From a virus (lineage: Duplodnaviria > Caudoviricetes): 34,087 nt of DNA. Location of the stretch: the IMG/VR virus record IMGVR_UViG_3300019996_000005, positions 1 through 34,087 of that record; one strand, written 5' to 3'. The notes beneath the pieces were generated by a model. The model was not told where the DNA came from. It made no database searches and was given only the letters and a program-made list of their open reading frames with translations. Below are positions 1-9,822 of the stretch, in pieces (the stretch's first letter is position 1; every line of letters starts with the position of its first letter). Position numbers and translations under genes: made by a program.

Positions 1-127
1 AAAGCCGCGGCGCTCGCGGCCGGCACGGTGTGGACGGCCGCGCAGCAAGGCGAACTGAAAGGGCTACAAGACGCGCTCGATCAGATGGAGCAAAAGACCA
101 CCAAACACACGCAGAAAACAAAATCCG
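1..127. repeat. 127-bp terminal direct repeat (identical to 33961-34087); circular assembly overlap
   Basis: Exact identity of first and last 127 nt; tape measure frame continues across the junction. Confidence 0.95.
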
Positions 128-2157
128 TTTGGGAGGAATGGGCGAAGTCGATCGGCAATACCGCCAAGCAATTTATCGGTGACGTGGTGGACCGGCTATT
201 TTCGGGCTCGGACGTTAATAAGCAACTCGACGAACAAGCCGCGGACCTGCAGAAATCGCTCGCCGGCCGGACAACCGAGTACGCAAAATCGGCCAACGAT
301 ATCAAGGCGCAACAGGAGCAAGAAACCAAAGACTACGCCGACGCGCTCGCGAAAGAAGACGCGGACTTTGCCGCGGCGCTCGACAAACGCACAACGGATT
401 ATCAGCAGTTCGCCGACAGCATACCGGATCTGTTAGCCGCGGTCGAGAAGAAAGCGGCCGACGATCTGCAGAAAACGACCGACGATTTAAACGGGCAACT
501 CGCGGACCGCACGCGCGATTACGGCCGCTATGTTGACGACGTTACGCACAAGATCGCAGATATTCGGGAAAAGCACGCCGAAGAACTCGCCAGCGAGCTC
601 GCCGATTTGCAATCATCGCTCGACGATCGCCGGACCGAATACGATCGTTTCGTGGAAGACGCCGGCTCTAAGCTCCGCGAACTCCATGAGAAACACTCCG
701 ACAATATCGAGGATGAAACCAAGGATGTAGGCGACAACATCCGCGACCGGACGAAAGACTATCAACGGTACGCCGAGGATACGGCTAAAAAGATTGCCAA
801 AGTTCGGGAAAAGAATAACGGCGTCTATTCTAGCGAGGAAGACGACTTAGTAACGTCGCTGAAGCGGCGCCAGGAAGACTTACAGCAATACGTAGCCGAT
901 CAGGAACGGGACTTAGCAGAGTATAAAGCGCGGCAACTCCGCGACCAACAGGAAGAAGAAGCGGCATTACAGGTTTCCTTAGATCGCAAGACGGCCGATT
1001 ACAAGGCATTCCAAGACGGAATCGAACAGCAACGGCAGCAAGCGATTGCCGATCATAAGGAACAACAGGACGAAGAAATTGCGGCGCAAGAGCTCGCCTT
1101 GCAACGCAAGACGGAAGATTATCAGGGGTACGTTGACGACATTGCGACGAAGCAAGACGCGGCAAAACTGAAATATCAAACGACGGTTGACGACGAACGC
1201 GCGGCGCTTGCTAAGTCGCTTGCCGATCGCAAGGCGGATCTTGATACATATACCGCGGAGTTAGTGACGAAGCACGAAAAGAACCGCGATGATATCAACG
1301 CAACGTACGCGGCAAATACCGCGAAGTTGAAAGAGGAGTTAGGCAATCAGAAAACCGAGTACGACACGTTCGTAAGCGATCTTAACGGCAAGCTCGAAGC
1401 GCTGAAGGCGGCGCATAAAACGATTTGGGATGATATCGGCGGATTCGGTGTTGACGCGTTTAAAAAGATCGGGGAAAGTCTCGCGGAATTGCTCGGCGAA
1501 AAGGCGCTCGGCGCTTTTACGAAAGCACTTGGCAACTTGATTACCGACGTGTTTCCGTCGCTCGGTTCAGCGGTCGCCAAGGTGCTCAATCCCGCGAGCA
1601 CGCCAACGGTGCCAGGTGGCGGCGGCGGCGTCGGCGGCGCCGCAAGCGCTGTATCAGGCGGGCTCACTGGTTGGATATCGGCAATTAGCGGCGCGGTAAC
1701 GGCGATCAGTAGCGTAATCGGCAATTTTCAGATGGCCGGCATGAACAAATCACTTGACGTGATTGTGCATCACACGTTGCAAACCGCGAACGATCTCGCG
1801 AACTTGCGCCGGGACGATTGGGACCGGCACGCCGAGTACGCGAAATGGAAAGGCGATATCTTGCCGGCGCTTTGGGGGATTCAAGGTAATACCGGAACGG
1901 CGCTTTCGAGCCTGCAGGCGATCGAAACGCACTGCTACAACGCATCGGCGACGCTCGCCGATATGCTCAGTGACGAACGCACAGGGCCGGTTAATAGCTT
2001 CATGGGCGGCGTAAGCGCGATGCTCGGGCATATCGCCGGCAAGCTCGATTTAATGGGGTCGGGCTCGCAAATGAATATGAACCTGTACGGCACAGATCCG
2101 GTAACGGTGGCAAGCCGCATCGCGACGCAAATGCGCCTGCAGGGGGCGCACGCGTGA
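1..2157 (+). CDS. Tape measure protein, C-terminal part (continues from 31858 across the junction; ~1419 aa total)
   Basis: Same frame as 31858-33960; long coiled-coil/helical repeats, Gly/Ala-rich C-terminus; followed by tail genes. Confidence 0.9.
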   Translation, partial: KAAALAAGTVWTAAQQGELKGLQDALDQMEQKTTKHTQKTKSVWEEWAKSIGNTAKQFIGDVVDRLFSGSDVNKQLDEQAADLQKSLAGRTTEYAKSANDIKAQQEQETKDYADALAKEDADFAAALDKRTTDYQQFADSIPDLLAAVEKKAADDLQKTTDDLNGQLADRTRDYGRYVDDVTHKIADIREKHAEELASELADLQSSLDDRRTEYDRFVEDAGSKLRELHEKHSDNIEDETKDVGDNIRDRTKDYQRYAEDTAKKIAKVREKNNGVYSSEEDDLVTSLKRRQEDLQQYVADQERDLAEYKARQLRDQQEEEAALQVSLDRKTADYKAFQDGIEQQRQQAIADHKEQQDEEIAAQELALQRKTEDYQGYVDDIATKQDAAKLKYQTTVDDERAALAKSLADRKADLDTYTAELVTKHEKNRDDINATYAANTAKLKEELGNQKTEYDTFVSDLNGKLEALKAAHKTIWDDIGGFGVDAFKKIGESLAELLGEKALGAFTKALGNLITDVFPSLGSAVAKVLNPASTPTVPGGGGGVGGAASAVSGGLTGWISAISGAVTAISSVIGNFQMAGMNKSLDVIVHHTLQTANDLANLRRDDWDRHAEYAKWKGDILPALWGIQGNTGTALSSLQAIETHCYNASATLADMLSDERTGPVNSFMGGVSAMLGHIAGKLDLMGSGSQMNMNLYGTDPVTVASRIATQMRLQGAHA

Positions 2158-4799
2158 GATTGCGCGCGGCCGTCGAGGGGTTCGACGTAAGCGCCGCGGC
2201 GTTGGTTGAGTCCGCCACAATCCAACAGGATTCTACCGAGGCAATCTCGACGTGTGAGCTTACTTTGTTTCAGCGGTTCGGCGAAGCGCGCTACGATCAC
2301 GCGCAATATAGCCTTGCGTCGTTTCAGTACGCGTGGACGGTGAGCGAATGGAACGAGCTCGTTTTATGGGATGAAGACACAAACCAAATTCAGTTTGCCG
2401 GCTTCGTTCTCGCCGTCGATCGCGAAGCCGAAGGGCCGCACGTCCGGCTAACGATCCACGCGTCCGATTGGGGGATTCTGTTTGAACGGGCGCTAATTAC
2501 CCAAAGTTGGCCGGACGGCACGCCGGATTCCACGATTATCGCCGACGCGATCAAGCAAGTACCGGAGCTTTCCGCGGGCTCGATCATCACGCTTACCGCG
2601 AACCTGGGATTGATCGAGGCGAAAGACCAACGCGTACGCGATTTGCTCGACAGTATTTGCCAGTTGACGGGCGGCGAGTGGAACGTTGGGTATAACGGCA
2701 AGGTCAATTACTACGCCGCGGGCTCGATCGTGGCGCCGTTCGGTTTATCCGATCGGCCGGACGGCTCGACGACACAAGCGTATCAGCTCGAAAGCTATAC
2801 GCGCGATTTCAGCGACGCCGCAAACCGCGTGCTGGTGCTCGGCGCCGTCGGCGACGCCGGCGAACTGCGCGCGACGGCCGAAGATACCGGGAGTCAAGCG
2901 CAATTCGGCGTGCTCTCGGTTACGCTCGTTGATCGGAATTTGAGCGACGCGGCGACGGCCGCACTTTGGGCCGATACCGAAGTTGGCTTGCGATCGCAAC
3001 CGAAGTACACGATTCAAGCCGGTTGCTTTGTGCCGGGGCTCGCCCGCGGAATGACGGTCGAAGTCGAGGCGTGGAAGTATGGCCTGGTAACGTCGCTGAT
3101 TCTGCGATCGCTCACGATTACGATTATGGCGCCGGACCGATCGCGGCCGACGACGGCCGGCCATAAGCTCAAGTACTCGGCGACGCTCGGGAGTCGTCCG
3201 CCCGATCTGGTGTACATGTTGCGCCGGATGCAACGCGTACCAGTGCAGGCGACGAAGGCGCCGGCCGCGTCGATCGCGCCGGGAACGATCGAGGGCGACG
3301 ACTTCGCCGCGGGCATCGCGCCGGTCTATACCGTCAATCACAAGCCGGCCGGCGCGGAATGGGCGCAGTATCCGGCCGACGCGGTTTTCCTCAACACGGC
3401 CGATCGGAAGTTGTACCGGCGAACCGGCAACGATTGGACGGCGGTTGTTGACACGGCCGACATTGAAGGGCAATTAAAAACAAGCCAGTTTGCGCCTGGT
3501 TCGGTCACGTCCACCGTGCTCGCCGATGGTAGCGTGGTCACGGCGAAGATACCGGCCGGCGCGATACGGGCGCCGCAAATCGACGTTGGCGCCGTCACGG
3601 TATCGGCGATCGCCGACGGCGCCGTTACGACGGCAAAGATACCGGACGGCGCGATACAGGCGCCGAAGCTCGCGGCGTCGAGTGTCACGGCAAACGCGAT
3701 CGCGGCAAATGCGATCGCGGCCGAAAAGATTCAAGCCGGCGCAGTCACGGCGAACGCGCTCGCGGCAAACTCCGTCACGGCCGGCGCCATCGCCGCGGAT
3801 GCAATCACGGCAAACGCGATCGCCGCGGGTGCGGTCACGGCAACCGAGCTCGCGGCCGGCTCAGTCACGGCAAACGCCGTCGCCGCAAACGCGATCTATG
3901 CACAAGCTCTGCAGGCAAACAGTGTCACGGCGCAAGCTCTCGCGGCAAACTCGGTGGTAGCTGGCAAAATCGCGGCGCTCGCCGTCGTCGCCGGCAACCT
4001 TGCGGCCGACTCGGTAACGGCCGGCGCGATCGCCGCGGGCGCCGTCATCGCCGGCAAGATTGCCGCGGGCGCGATCACGGCAAACGAGCTCGCGGCAAAC
4101 TCCGTCACGGCCGCTAAGATCCAAGCCGGCTCGATTACATCCGATAAGCTCTCCACGATCGAGCTTGCCGTAGGGTACGGCTCAAACAAGCCGGCGCGCG
4201 TCGCCGTTTACGACACTTCGCAAAATCTGGTTGCATTGCTCGGCGATATGGGCGGCGCCGGCGTGCCGGCTAATACCTATTTCGGCGTATGGGGGCGGCT
4301 CGCCGGCTTCGGCGGTACGGAATACAGCAATGCGCCGCTCTACACGAACGCGGCCGGCTCGTTGTTTATCCGGCAGACATCGCTTGTGATTACCGCGGTG
4401 GATGGGAGCTCGATTCAAACGAGTCCGTCAACCTATGATTCTGCGTACGGCTCGATTACCTTGAGGGTCGATAAGCCGTCCGATTCCTTTACCGCGCTTG
4501 TAAGCCGCGGTTTGGTGTTGCGTGCGGCGAGCTCGGCGGTTTGCGGTGCTTTCGTTCGCTCGCCGACGGCCGGCCATGAAAGCTCAAGCGAACTGGTGCT
4601 CAACAACAACTCCGGTTTACTGACTATTTTTCTGGACGGCTTCACCGGCCAGGTGCGCGCGTCGAGTTTCGCGGTTACGGGCAATGCCAGTTTCACCGGC
4701 ACGGTGCCGGCCGGCCGGCCGCTCAACGTCGTTAGCGGCTTGATAACGGGTTACACGCTCGCCGACGGGACGATATTCCCGCCACGCGAGACGGTATGA
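2154..4799 (+). CDS. Tail tip/hub-like protein fused to a beta-solenoid repeat spike
   Basis: GTGA overlap with TMP stop; position after TMP; long array of AGSVTANAIAA-type repeats. Confidence 0.7.
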   Translation: MRLRAAVEGFDVSAAALVESATIQQDSTEAISTCELTLFQRFGEARYDHAQYSLASFQYAWTVSEWNELVLWDEDTNQIQFAGFVLAVDREAEGPHVRLTIHASDWGILFERALITQSWPDGTPDSTIIADAIKQVPELSAGSIITLTANLGLIEAKDQRVRDLLDSICQLTGGEWNVGYNGKVNYYAAGSIVAPFGLSDRPDGSTTQAYQLESYTRDFSDAANRVLVLGAVGDAGELRATAEDTGSQAQFGVLSVTLVDRNLSDAATAALWADTEVGLRSQPKYTIQAGCFVPGLARGMTVEVEAWKYGLVTSLILRSLTITIMAPDRSRPTTAGHKLKYSATLGSRPPDLVYMLRRMQRVPVQATKAPAASIAPGTIEGDDFAAGIAPVYTVNHKPAGAEWAQYPADAVFLNTADRKLYRRTGNDWTAVVDTADIEGQLKTSQFAPGSVTSTVLADGSVVTAKIPAGAIRAPQIDVGAVTVSAIADGAVTTAKIPDGAIQAPKLAASSVTANAIAANAIAAEKIQAGAVTANALAANSVTAGAIAADAITANAIAAGAVTATELAAGSVTANAVAANAIYAQALQANSVTAQALAANSVVAGKIAALAVVAGNLAADSVTAGAIAAGAVIAGKIAAGAITANELAANSVTAAKIQAGSITSDKLSTIELAVGYGSNKPARVAVYDTSQNLVALLGDMGGAGVPANTYFGVWGRLAGFGGTEYSNAPLYTNAAGSLFIRQTSLVITAVDGSSIQTSPSTYDSAYGSITLRVDKPSDSFTALVSRGLVLRAASSAVCGAFVRSPTAGHESSSELVLNNNSGLLTIFLDGFTGQVRASSFAVTGNASFTGTVPAGRPLNVVSGLITGYTLADGTIFPPRETV
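3490..4152 (+). repeat. Coding tandem repeat (5/10/15-aa period, e.g. IAAGAVTANA)
   Basis: Visible in protein and DNA. Confidence 0.9.
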
Positions 4800-4839
4800 G
4801 CGGGCGAACGGGCGGACTCTCCGCACCTTCGCCCGCTCA
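4797..4839 (+). repeat. 41-bp inverted repeat element, copy 1 (contains the stop codon of the tail gene)
   Basis: GAGCGGGCGAA-cgggcggactctccgcacc-TTCGCCCGCTC. Confidence 0.95.
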
Positions 4840-4862
4840 ATTAGAGCAAAAGGGGAAAAACG

Positions 4863-5267
4863 ATGAAGTTTGAACACACGCTATCACCGGCCGCGGCGCA
4901 ACTATTCCGCAACGGCGTTGAAAGATTGAACGCGCTGCGGCTTGAGCAATTGCGGGCGCTCGGGCTCGCAAAAGAGGCCGAAATGAAATCGGATTCATTG
5001 CAACAGACAATTACCGATCAAGTCGCGATTATCGAGCAAACCGAGGGCTTGCCGGCGCCCGTTCGCCCGTACCAGTTGAGCATGGATTGTACGAAGCTGA
5101 TAGGCGAAGTGCCGGATAAGCCGGCCGCGGCGTCGAACTCGCTCGCAATCGTCGAACCTCAACCGATCATGCCGGCGCCGCTGCTTCCAGTGATGGACTC
5201 GGCGCCGGCCGGCCAGGTTAACGAAAAGGTTAACGGCGTCGATCGCTCGGGGGCGGAACGTGTCTGA
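4863..5267 (+). CDS. Hypothetical coiled-coil protein, possible tail chaperone
   Basis: AAGGGG RBS; lies between two tail genes. Confidence 0.6.
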   Translation: MKFEHTLSPAAAQLFRNGVERLNALRLEQLRALGLAKEAEMKSDSLQQTITDQVAIIEQTEGLPAPVRPYQLSMDCTKLIGEVPDKPAAASNSLAIVEPQPIMPAPLLPVMDSAPAGQVNEKVNGVDRSGAERV

Positions 5268-8200
5268 TATTCCCGTCCGGCTTCGCCCGCGGGCGGTTGT
5301 GCCGTCCGGTTGGCCACCGGACGTATCGCCAAATCAGACGATTACGGCCGCGCATATCAACGCGATCCGCTCAAGCGCGTATGCGTGGCCTGGTGATGTG
5401 GACGGGCAAGGGCACACGCTCAGTAACGTACATTTGGCCGGCGCAACCGGCGTACTGTCCGATCCGACGACGACGGCCGGCGATATTCTCGCCCGCGACG
5501 GCTCGGCGCTCGGGCGCTTTCCGATCGGCGCGGCCGGCCAGGTGCTCACGGTTGACACGGCGGCGCCGGCTAAACTCAGGTGGGCAACGCCGGCAGTTGC
5601 GCCCGTTGCGAGCGTTTTCGGGCGGTTGGGCGCCGTTGTCGCGCAAGCGGGGGATTATACCGCGGCAATGGTGACGGGCGCGGTTGTAGACTCTCTCACG
5701 ACGAAGGGCGATATCTTCGCCCGCGGCGCCGCGGGAACCGGCCGCTTGCCGGCCGGCGCGGATGGTCTGGTGCTCCGTACGAATGCATCGCAACCGTTCG
5801 GCTTGCAGTGGACGGCCGAAAGCGTTTGGAGCGTTTTCGGTCGGCTCGGGTCGATCGTCGCGCAAGCCGGCGACTACACGGCCGCGCAAATCACAAACGC
5901 GGTATCGGTGCTTGGTTCGTATCCAGATCCCGCCTGGTTGACTTCGCTCAGTTGGGTTAAATTGATCGGCGTGCCGGCGACGTTTCCACCGGCCGCGCAT
6001 ACACACGACGCCGCGGCGATCGTGTCCGGCGTGCTTTCAACGGCGCGGCTCGGTACGGGCGTCGCGAGCGCGAGCGTATATCTCCGCGGCGATGGCACAT
6101 GGGCCGCGGCCGGTACGGGCGGCGGCGGCGGCGTGATTTCGGTTTTCGGGCGCGCCGGTACGGTTGTCGCGCAAGGCGGCGATTACACGGCCGCAATGGT
6201 GACGGGCGCCGTTGTTGATCCTACCGTTATTAAGGGCGATCTAATGGTACGCAATGACATAAACGTCATGGCGCGCTTGCCCGTCGGCGCGAGCGGTCAA
6301 GTACTGCAGGCGGATACGTCGTTGTCGGTTGGTATGAAGTGGACGACATTAGGCGCCGCGGTTCAAACGCCGTGGGTGACAAATGTTGACGCGGCCGGTT
6401 ACCAATTGGCGAACGTGTCGCGCGTCGGCGTCGCAATGGTGCCGGGGTACCCGCTCGACGTGACGGGGGATATCAACTATAGCGGCACGCTTCGGAAAAA
6501 CGGGGCGCCCGTTTCGTTCGGCGGTTCTCAAACGCCTTGGACAAGCAATATCGACGCGGCCGGATTCCTGTTAAACAACGCCGGCGCGATCGGTATCGGC
6601 GGTATGGCAAGCTCGGCGAAAGTCAACATTGTTGCGGGCTCGCTCGCCGCGACAGCCGGCGCCGGCATTATCATGCAAATGGCGCAAGCGTTAAGCGCAA
6701 ATTCCGATGATTTCAGCACGGCTTTATGGCGTGCGTCGGCCGGAAATACTTGGGATTCGGCGTATTGGCGAGTCGGCCGGCGCGTGGACGCATCAGAGGT
6801 TGCGGCGATTGAGTTCGGGGCGGCAACGCTTGCGTTTCGCACGAATGCGGCGCAACGCATGATTATAGACACCAACGGCAATATGGGAATCGGCGTGGCG
6901 GCGCCTGGTTCTCGCTTGCATATCGCCGCGGCGACAACGACGGGCAATATATCAACGGCTCATCAGTTCCATTTAGGCTTAGACGGTAATATTCAGTTTG
7001 GGTTGCAGGTTGGTTATTTTTATACCGACGCCGCGGGATTTGCCAGTGTGTTGCAGAACTGGCAAGGCGCGGCGGGCGGTAATCTCCTATTGCAACCGAG
7101 CGGGGGAAACGTCGCTATCGGGCATACCGGCGCGGCGGCGATCAATAGCCTGCTTCACCTGAATAAATCCAGTAGCGGCGCGGTTGGGCCGATTCTGACA
7201 CTGGAGAACAGCACCGGCGCGCTTCACGATGCCGTATCAATCCGCTTTTTGGATGCGACTTTGCGTGGGGAACTGCGTATGTCGGTAGAGTCGTCACCAT
7301 ACGGGGGAGATTTGATTTACTTCGGCGGCTCGGCGGGGCAGACCGAAATTTTCCGCGCAACGTCGGCGGGGAATTTCGGCATCAACGTCCAAGCTCCGCT
7401 TGCGCCGTTGCACGTGCGGACTGTTTCAGGCGGCGAAACCTTGCGGTTATCGTGTGACTCGTATGGGCTCGGCAGCGGGCCGGTCATCGGGTTCTATTTC
7501 GTCGATACGAACTATGCGGCGGCGATTGGTACGTACGGCGTCGGCAATAACGCGGCCGACTTGGTATTCAGTACGGCGAACGCGGCGGCGCCGGCCGAAC
7601 GTATGAGAATCACGGCCGACGGCCGCGTTGGTATCGGAGTTACACCGAATGCGCTCAACGGTTTTGAAGTGAATCTATATCAGAAATGGGCCGCGTTTTG
7701 TCCCAACATTGGCGGCATCATGCCTCCGAACGCAAACGGCATTTATGCCGGCTGGAATTGGTCAAGCGGCGGGGCGGAAGCGGTGATTGCATTTAACGGT
7801 GGGCCATCCGGTCTGGTGCTTGCCGATACGACGGGTAGCACATGGAAAGAGCGTTTGAGGATATTAGCCAACGGCAATTTCGGAATTGCTGTATCATCGC
7901 CTAACTATAAGCTCGACGTCGGCGGCGACGTGAATTGTGCCGGCGCGTTTCGCGTCAACGGCGCGCCGTTGAGCTTCGCGCCGACGGTGCATACCCATGA
8001 CGCATCGGCGATCGTGTCCGGCGTGCTCGCAAGCGCGCGGCTCGGCGCCGGCACTGCAAATTCTAGCGTATATCTCCGCGGCGATGGACAATGGGCGGCG
8101 CCGGCCGCGAGCGGAGGCGGGGTTACGTCGCAATCGGGGAACCTTGCCGGATCAAGCAGGGTAATTGGCACGACTTATACGAACTCTAGCGGAAAGCCGA

Positions 8201-8418
8201 TGTTCGTCGTTGTAAGTGTCACGGCGAATCAAGCGAACGGCGTAAACTTGTTCTCTGGTAGCGGCACTCCTGGGCCTGGAACGCAGATAGGGCAACTCGT
8301 AAACGGCGGGACTTTTTCAGCGGTTATGACGGCATCGTTTTGGGTGCTCCCCGGTAATCAGTATGTGGCAGCGATAGTCAACGCCGCATCCCTCACGTAT
8401 TGGACTGAATGGACATAA
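5260..8418 (+). CDS. Tail fibre / receptor-binding protein
   Basis: Repeated SVFGRxG..AQxGDY, HTHD..LRGDGxW, GxVGIG/ERMRI motifs; C-terminal TTYTNSSGKPMFV-type domain. Confidence 0.85.
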   Translation: MSDIPVRLRPRAVVPSGWPPDVSPNQTITAAHINAIRSSAYAWPGDVDGQGHTLSNVHLAGATGVLSDPTTTAGDILARDGSALGRFPIGAAGQVLTVDTAAPAKLRWATPAVAPVASVFGRLGAVVAQAGDYTAAMVTGAVVDSLTTKGDIFARGAAGTGRLPAGADGLVLRTNASQPFGLQWTAESVWSVFGRLGSIVAQAGDYTAAQITNAVSVLGSYPDPAWLTSLSWVKLIGVPATFPPAAHTHDAAAIVSGVLSTARLGTGVASASVYLRGDGTWAAAGTGGGGGVISVFGRAGTVVAQGGDYTAAMVTGAVVDPTVIKGDLMVRNDINVMARLPVGASGQVLQADTSLSVGMKWTTLGAAVQTPWVTNVDAAGYQLANVSRVGVAMVPGYPLDVTGDINYSGTLRKNGAPVSFGGSQTPWTSNIDAAGFLLNNAGAIGIGGMASSAKVNIVAGSLAATAGAGIIMQMAQALSANSDDFSTALWRASAGNTWDSAYWRVGRRVDASEVAAIEFGAATLAFRTNAAQRMIIDTNGNMGIGVAAPGSRLHIAAATTTGNISTAHQFHLGLDGNIQFGLQVGYFYTDAAGFASVLQNWQGAAGGNLLLQPSGGNVAIGHTGAAAINSLLHLNKSSSGAVGPILTLENSTGALHDAVSIRFLDATLRGELRMSVESSPYGGDLIYFGGSAGQTEIFRATSAGNFGINVQAPLAPLHVRTVSGGETLRLSCDSYGLGSGPVIGFYFVDTNYAAAIGTYGVGNNAADLVFSTANAAAPAERMRITADGRVGIGVTPNALNGFEVNLYQKWAAFCPNIGGIMPPNANGIYAGWNWSSGGAEAVIAFNGGPSGLVLADTTGSTWKERLRILANGNFGIAVSSPNYKLDVGGDVNCAGAFRVNGAPLSFAPTVHTHDASAIVSGVLASARLGAGTANSSVYLRGDGQWAAPAASGGGVTSQSGNLAGSSRVIGTTYTNSSGKPMFVVVSVTANQANGVNLFSGSGTPGPGTQIGQLVNGGTFSAVMTASFWVLPGNQYVAAIVNAASLTYWTEWT

Positions 8419-8436
8419 AAGAGGAGAAACAAGCGA

Positions 8437-8730
8437 ATGGCTTTAACTTACGAAGAATCCGCAGCATTAATGCAAGACCCCACATTCCGCGGCCGGGTGA
8501 AGGTGTCGGCGTTGAAGTACGCCGATAGCATTATGATCGAAGCTAGCAACGTTCCGGCGCACAACACGCGCGAAAAGTGGGCGCTCTTTACCATGCAAAA
8601 TCCCGAAGTCGTCGCCGGCCAGTTGCAACCGCCCGTCGTCATGGACGCCGCGGTGCAAGCCGACGGCGCCGAGATCGCCGACGCCGCACTACAGGCGAGC
8701 GTTGAAACCGTCGTAAACAAGATGATGTAA
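8437..8730 (+). CDS. Hypothetical protein, possible fibre-associated protein
   Basis: GAGGAG RBS; follows fibre gene. Confidence 0.7.
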   Translation: MALTYEESAALMQDPTFRGRVKVSALKYADSIMIEASNVPAHNTREKWALFTMQNPEVVAGQLQPPVVMDAAVQADGAEIADAALQASVETVVNKMM

Positions 8731-8746
8731 GCCGGCCGGCCGGCGC

Positions 8747-9061
8747 CTATCGAGTCGCCGGCCGGCTCGCGTTCATCGCTTGCCGCAAGAGCTCGTTAAC
8801 GCGTGTCTGGTATCCTTCGCCGGACGATTTGAGCCACGCGAGTACATCCGAATCAAGGCGCATTGTGACGGTCGCTTTCCGCGGCCGGAAATGCACGAGC
8901 ACGGCATCGTCTGGAATCTCGGGCGCGTCGGACAGGTCGATATCTTCATCGCGCTTCGGGCCGTCGATAATCATTTTTTTGATATCCGCCTTTTGTTTGG
9001 GCGTGAGCGGGTCGCCTGGTTCCTGGTTGAATACTATGGTTTTACTCGAAGTTTTCGACAT
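8747..9061 (-). CDS. brnA: BrnA-family antitoxin
   Basis: IDLSDAPE...RPRKATVTMRLDSDVLAWLKSSGEGYQTRVNELLR signature; overlaps brnT. Confidence 0.9.
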   Translation of the reverse strand: MSKTSSKTIVFNQEPGDPLTPKQKADIKKMIIDGPKRDEDIDLSDAPEIPDDAVLVHFRPRKATVTMRLDSDVLAWLKSSGEGYQTRVNELLRQAMNASRPATR

Positions 9062-9326
9062 AAAGGGTGCTCTCTTTGCGAGTGGCGCGGCGCGCGGAAA
9101 TGATGCGGATGGTTTGCTCGTTATCGCGGTACGTGTGAACAACAGTCAGTAGCAGCAAGGCGCCGCGCGAGCTACCAATCGCTTGCCAGCGTTGCTCGCC
9201 GTCAATGAAATGTTCATCGCATATCAAGCAATTGCGGTCAGCAAACACCGTCGCGGCAACCTCAAACGAAACGCCGTGCTTTCGTTCGTTGCTCGCCGCT
9301 TTCGCTTCGTCCCATTCAAACCGCAT
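9042..9326 (-). CDS. brnT: BrnT-family ribonuclease toxin
   Basis: FEWDEAKAASNERKHGVSFE...IRIISARRAT signature. Confidence 0.92.
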   Translation of the reverse strand: MRFEWDEAKAASNERKHGVSFEVAATVFADRNCLICDEHFIDGEQRWQAIGSSRGALLLLTVVHTYRDNEQTIRIISARRATRKESTLYVENFE

Positions 9327-9336
9327 CGGTAATTAC

Positions 9337-9366
9337 AGTATCGTACATACAACGCGGTATTGTCAA
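9337..9366 (-). promoter_or_regulatory. Sigma70-like promoter of brnTA
   Basis: TTGACA-N18-GATACT, 10 nt upstream of the ATG. Confidence 0.55.
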
Positions 9367-9383
9367 GACTTGGGGTAACAATA

Positions 9384-9430
9384 AATGAGCGGGCGAAGCG
9401 GCGGAATCTCCGCACCTTCGCCCGCTCATT
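9384..9430 (+). repeat. 41-bp inverted repeat element, copy 2 (contains the stop of the 9426-9671 gene)
   Basis: GAGCGGGCGAA-gcggcggaatctccgcacc-TTCGCCCGCTC. Confidence 0.95.
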
Positions 9431-9671
9431 CTGCGTTCGGTTCGGCTTTGTTCGCCCAACGTGCGGCCGCGGCTTTTTTCGCGATCGCCTTGCGCTTCGC
9501 CGGCGTAAGCGCCGCGGCTCGTGCCGGTCCACCGGCGCGCCCTCCCATGCGGCCGATCGCCGATAGCTCGGCATCGGTCAGGGCTTCGGCGCGCGCATTC
9601 CCGCCTTTTAATCCGCCCAATCGCCCGAGCGCAACCGCGTGCGGGTTCTTTTTCTTCGTCTCTTTTTTCAT
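9426..9671 (-). CDS. Small basic protein with tandem GGxARAxxLT motifs; putative nucleic-acid-binding regulator
   Basis: KNPHAVALGRLGGLKGGNARAEALT...GGPARAAALTPAKRKAIAKKAAAARW resembles the basic module seen N-terminal to P63C domains; ATG at 9671 is 7 nt after a TAAGCT -10-like box. Confidence 0.75.
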   Translation of the reverse strand: MKKETKKKNPHAVALGRLGGLKGGNARAEALTDAELSAIGRMGGRAGGPARAAALTPAKRKAIAKKAAAARWANKAEPNAE

Positions 9672-9741
9672 ACCTTTTAGCTTAACTTGAGCGGTGCTCG
9701 GTTGTCCACCGGCGCCGGCCGCAATCTTTTTTGCAATTGCG

Positions 9742-9822
9742 CTTGACACGTCCGCTCAAGTCAAGTATGATTGGAAATGTAGACGACAGCCGCGAGGCTT
9801 AAAAGAGCGAAGGAAAAACCAA
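9742..9822 (+). promoter_or_regulatory. Cassette promoter/operator/leader copy A
   Basis: TTGACA-N17-TATGAT; CTTGAC-N12-GTCAAG dyad; leader GTAGACGACAGCCGCGAGGCTTAAAAG.GCGAAGGAAAAA. Confidence 0.9.

Noticed and set aside
1-127. Biological direct terminal repeat
   Set aside because: It falls mid-gene in the tape measure and its length matches a common assembler k-mer, so an assembly overlap is more likely
5260-8418. Diversity-generating retroelement targeting the fibre
   Set aside because: No reverse transcriptase; repeat differences are not adenine-specific
9386-9392. TGAGCGG resembles part of the lac operator (vector contamination)
   Set aside because: Only 7 nt match, the flanks differ and no vector sequence is present
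9694-9822. Upstream extension of DUF932 given in the ORF track
   Set aside because: It overlaps promoter A; the RBS supports the ATG at 9823
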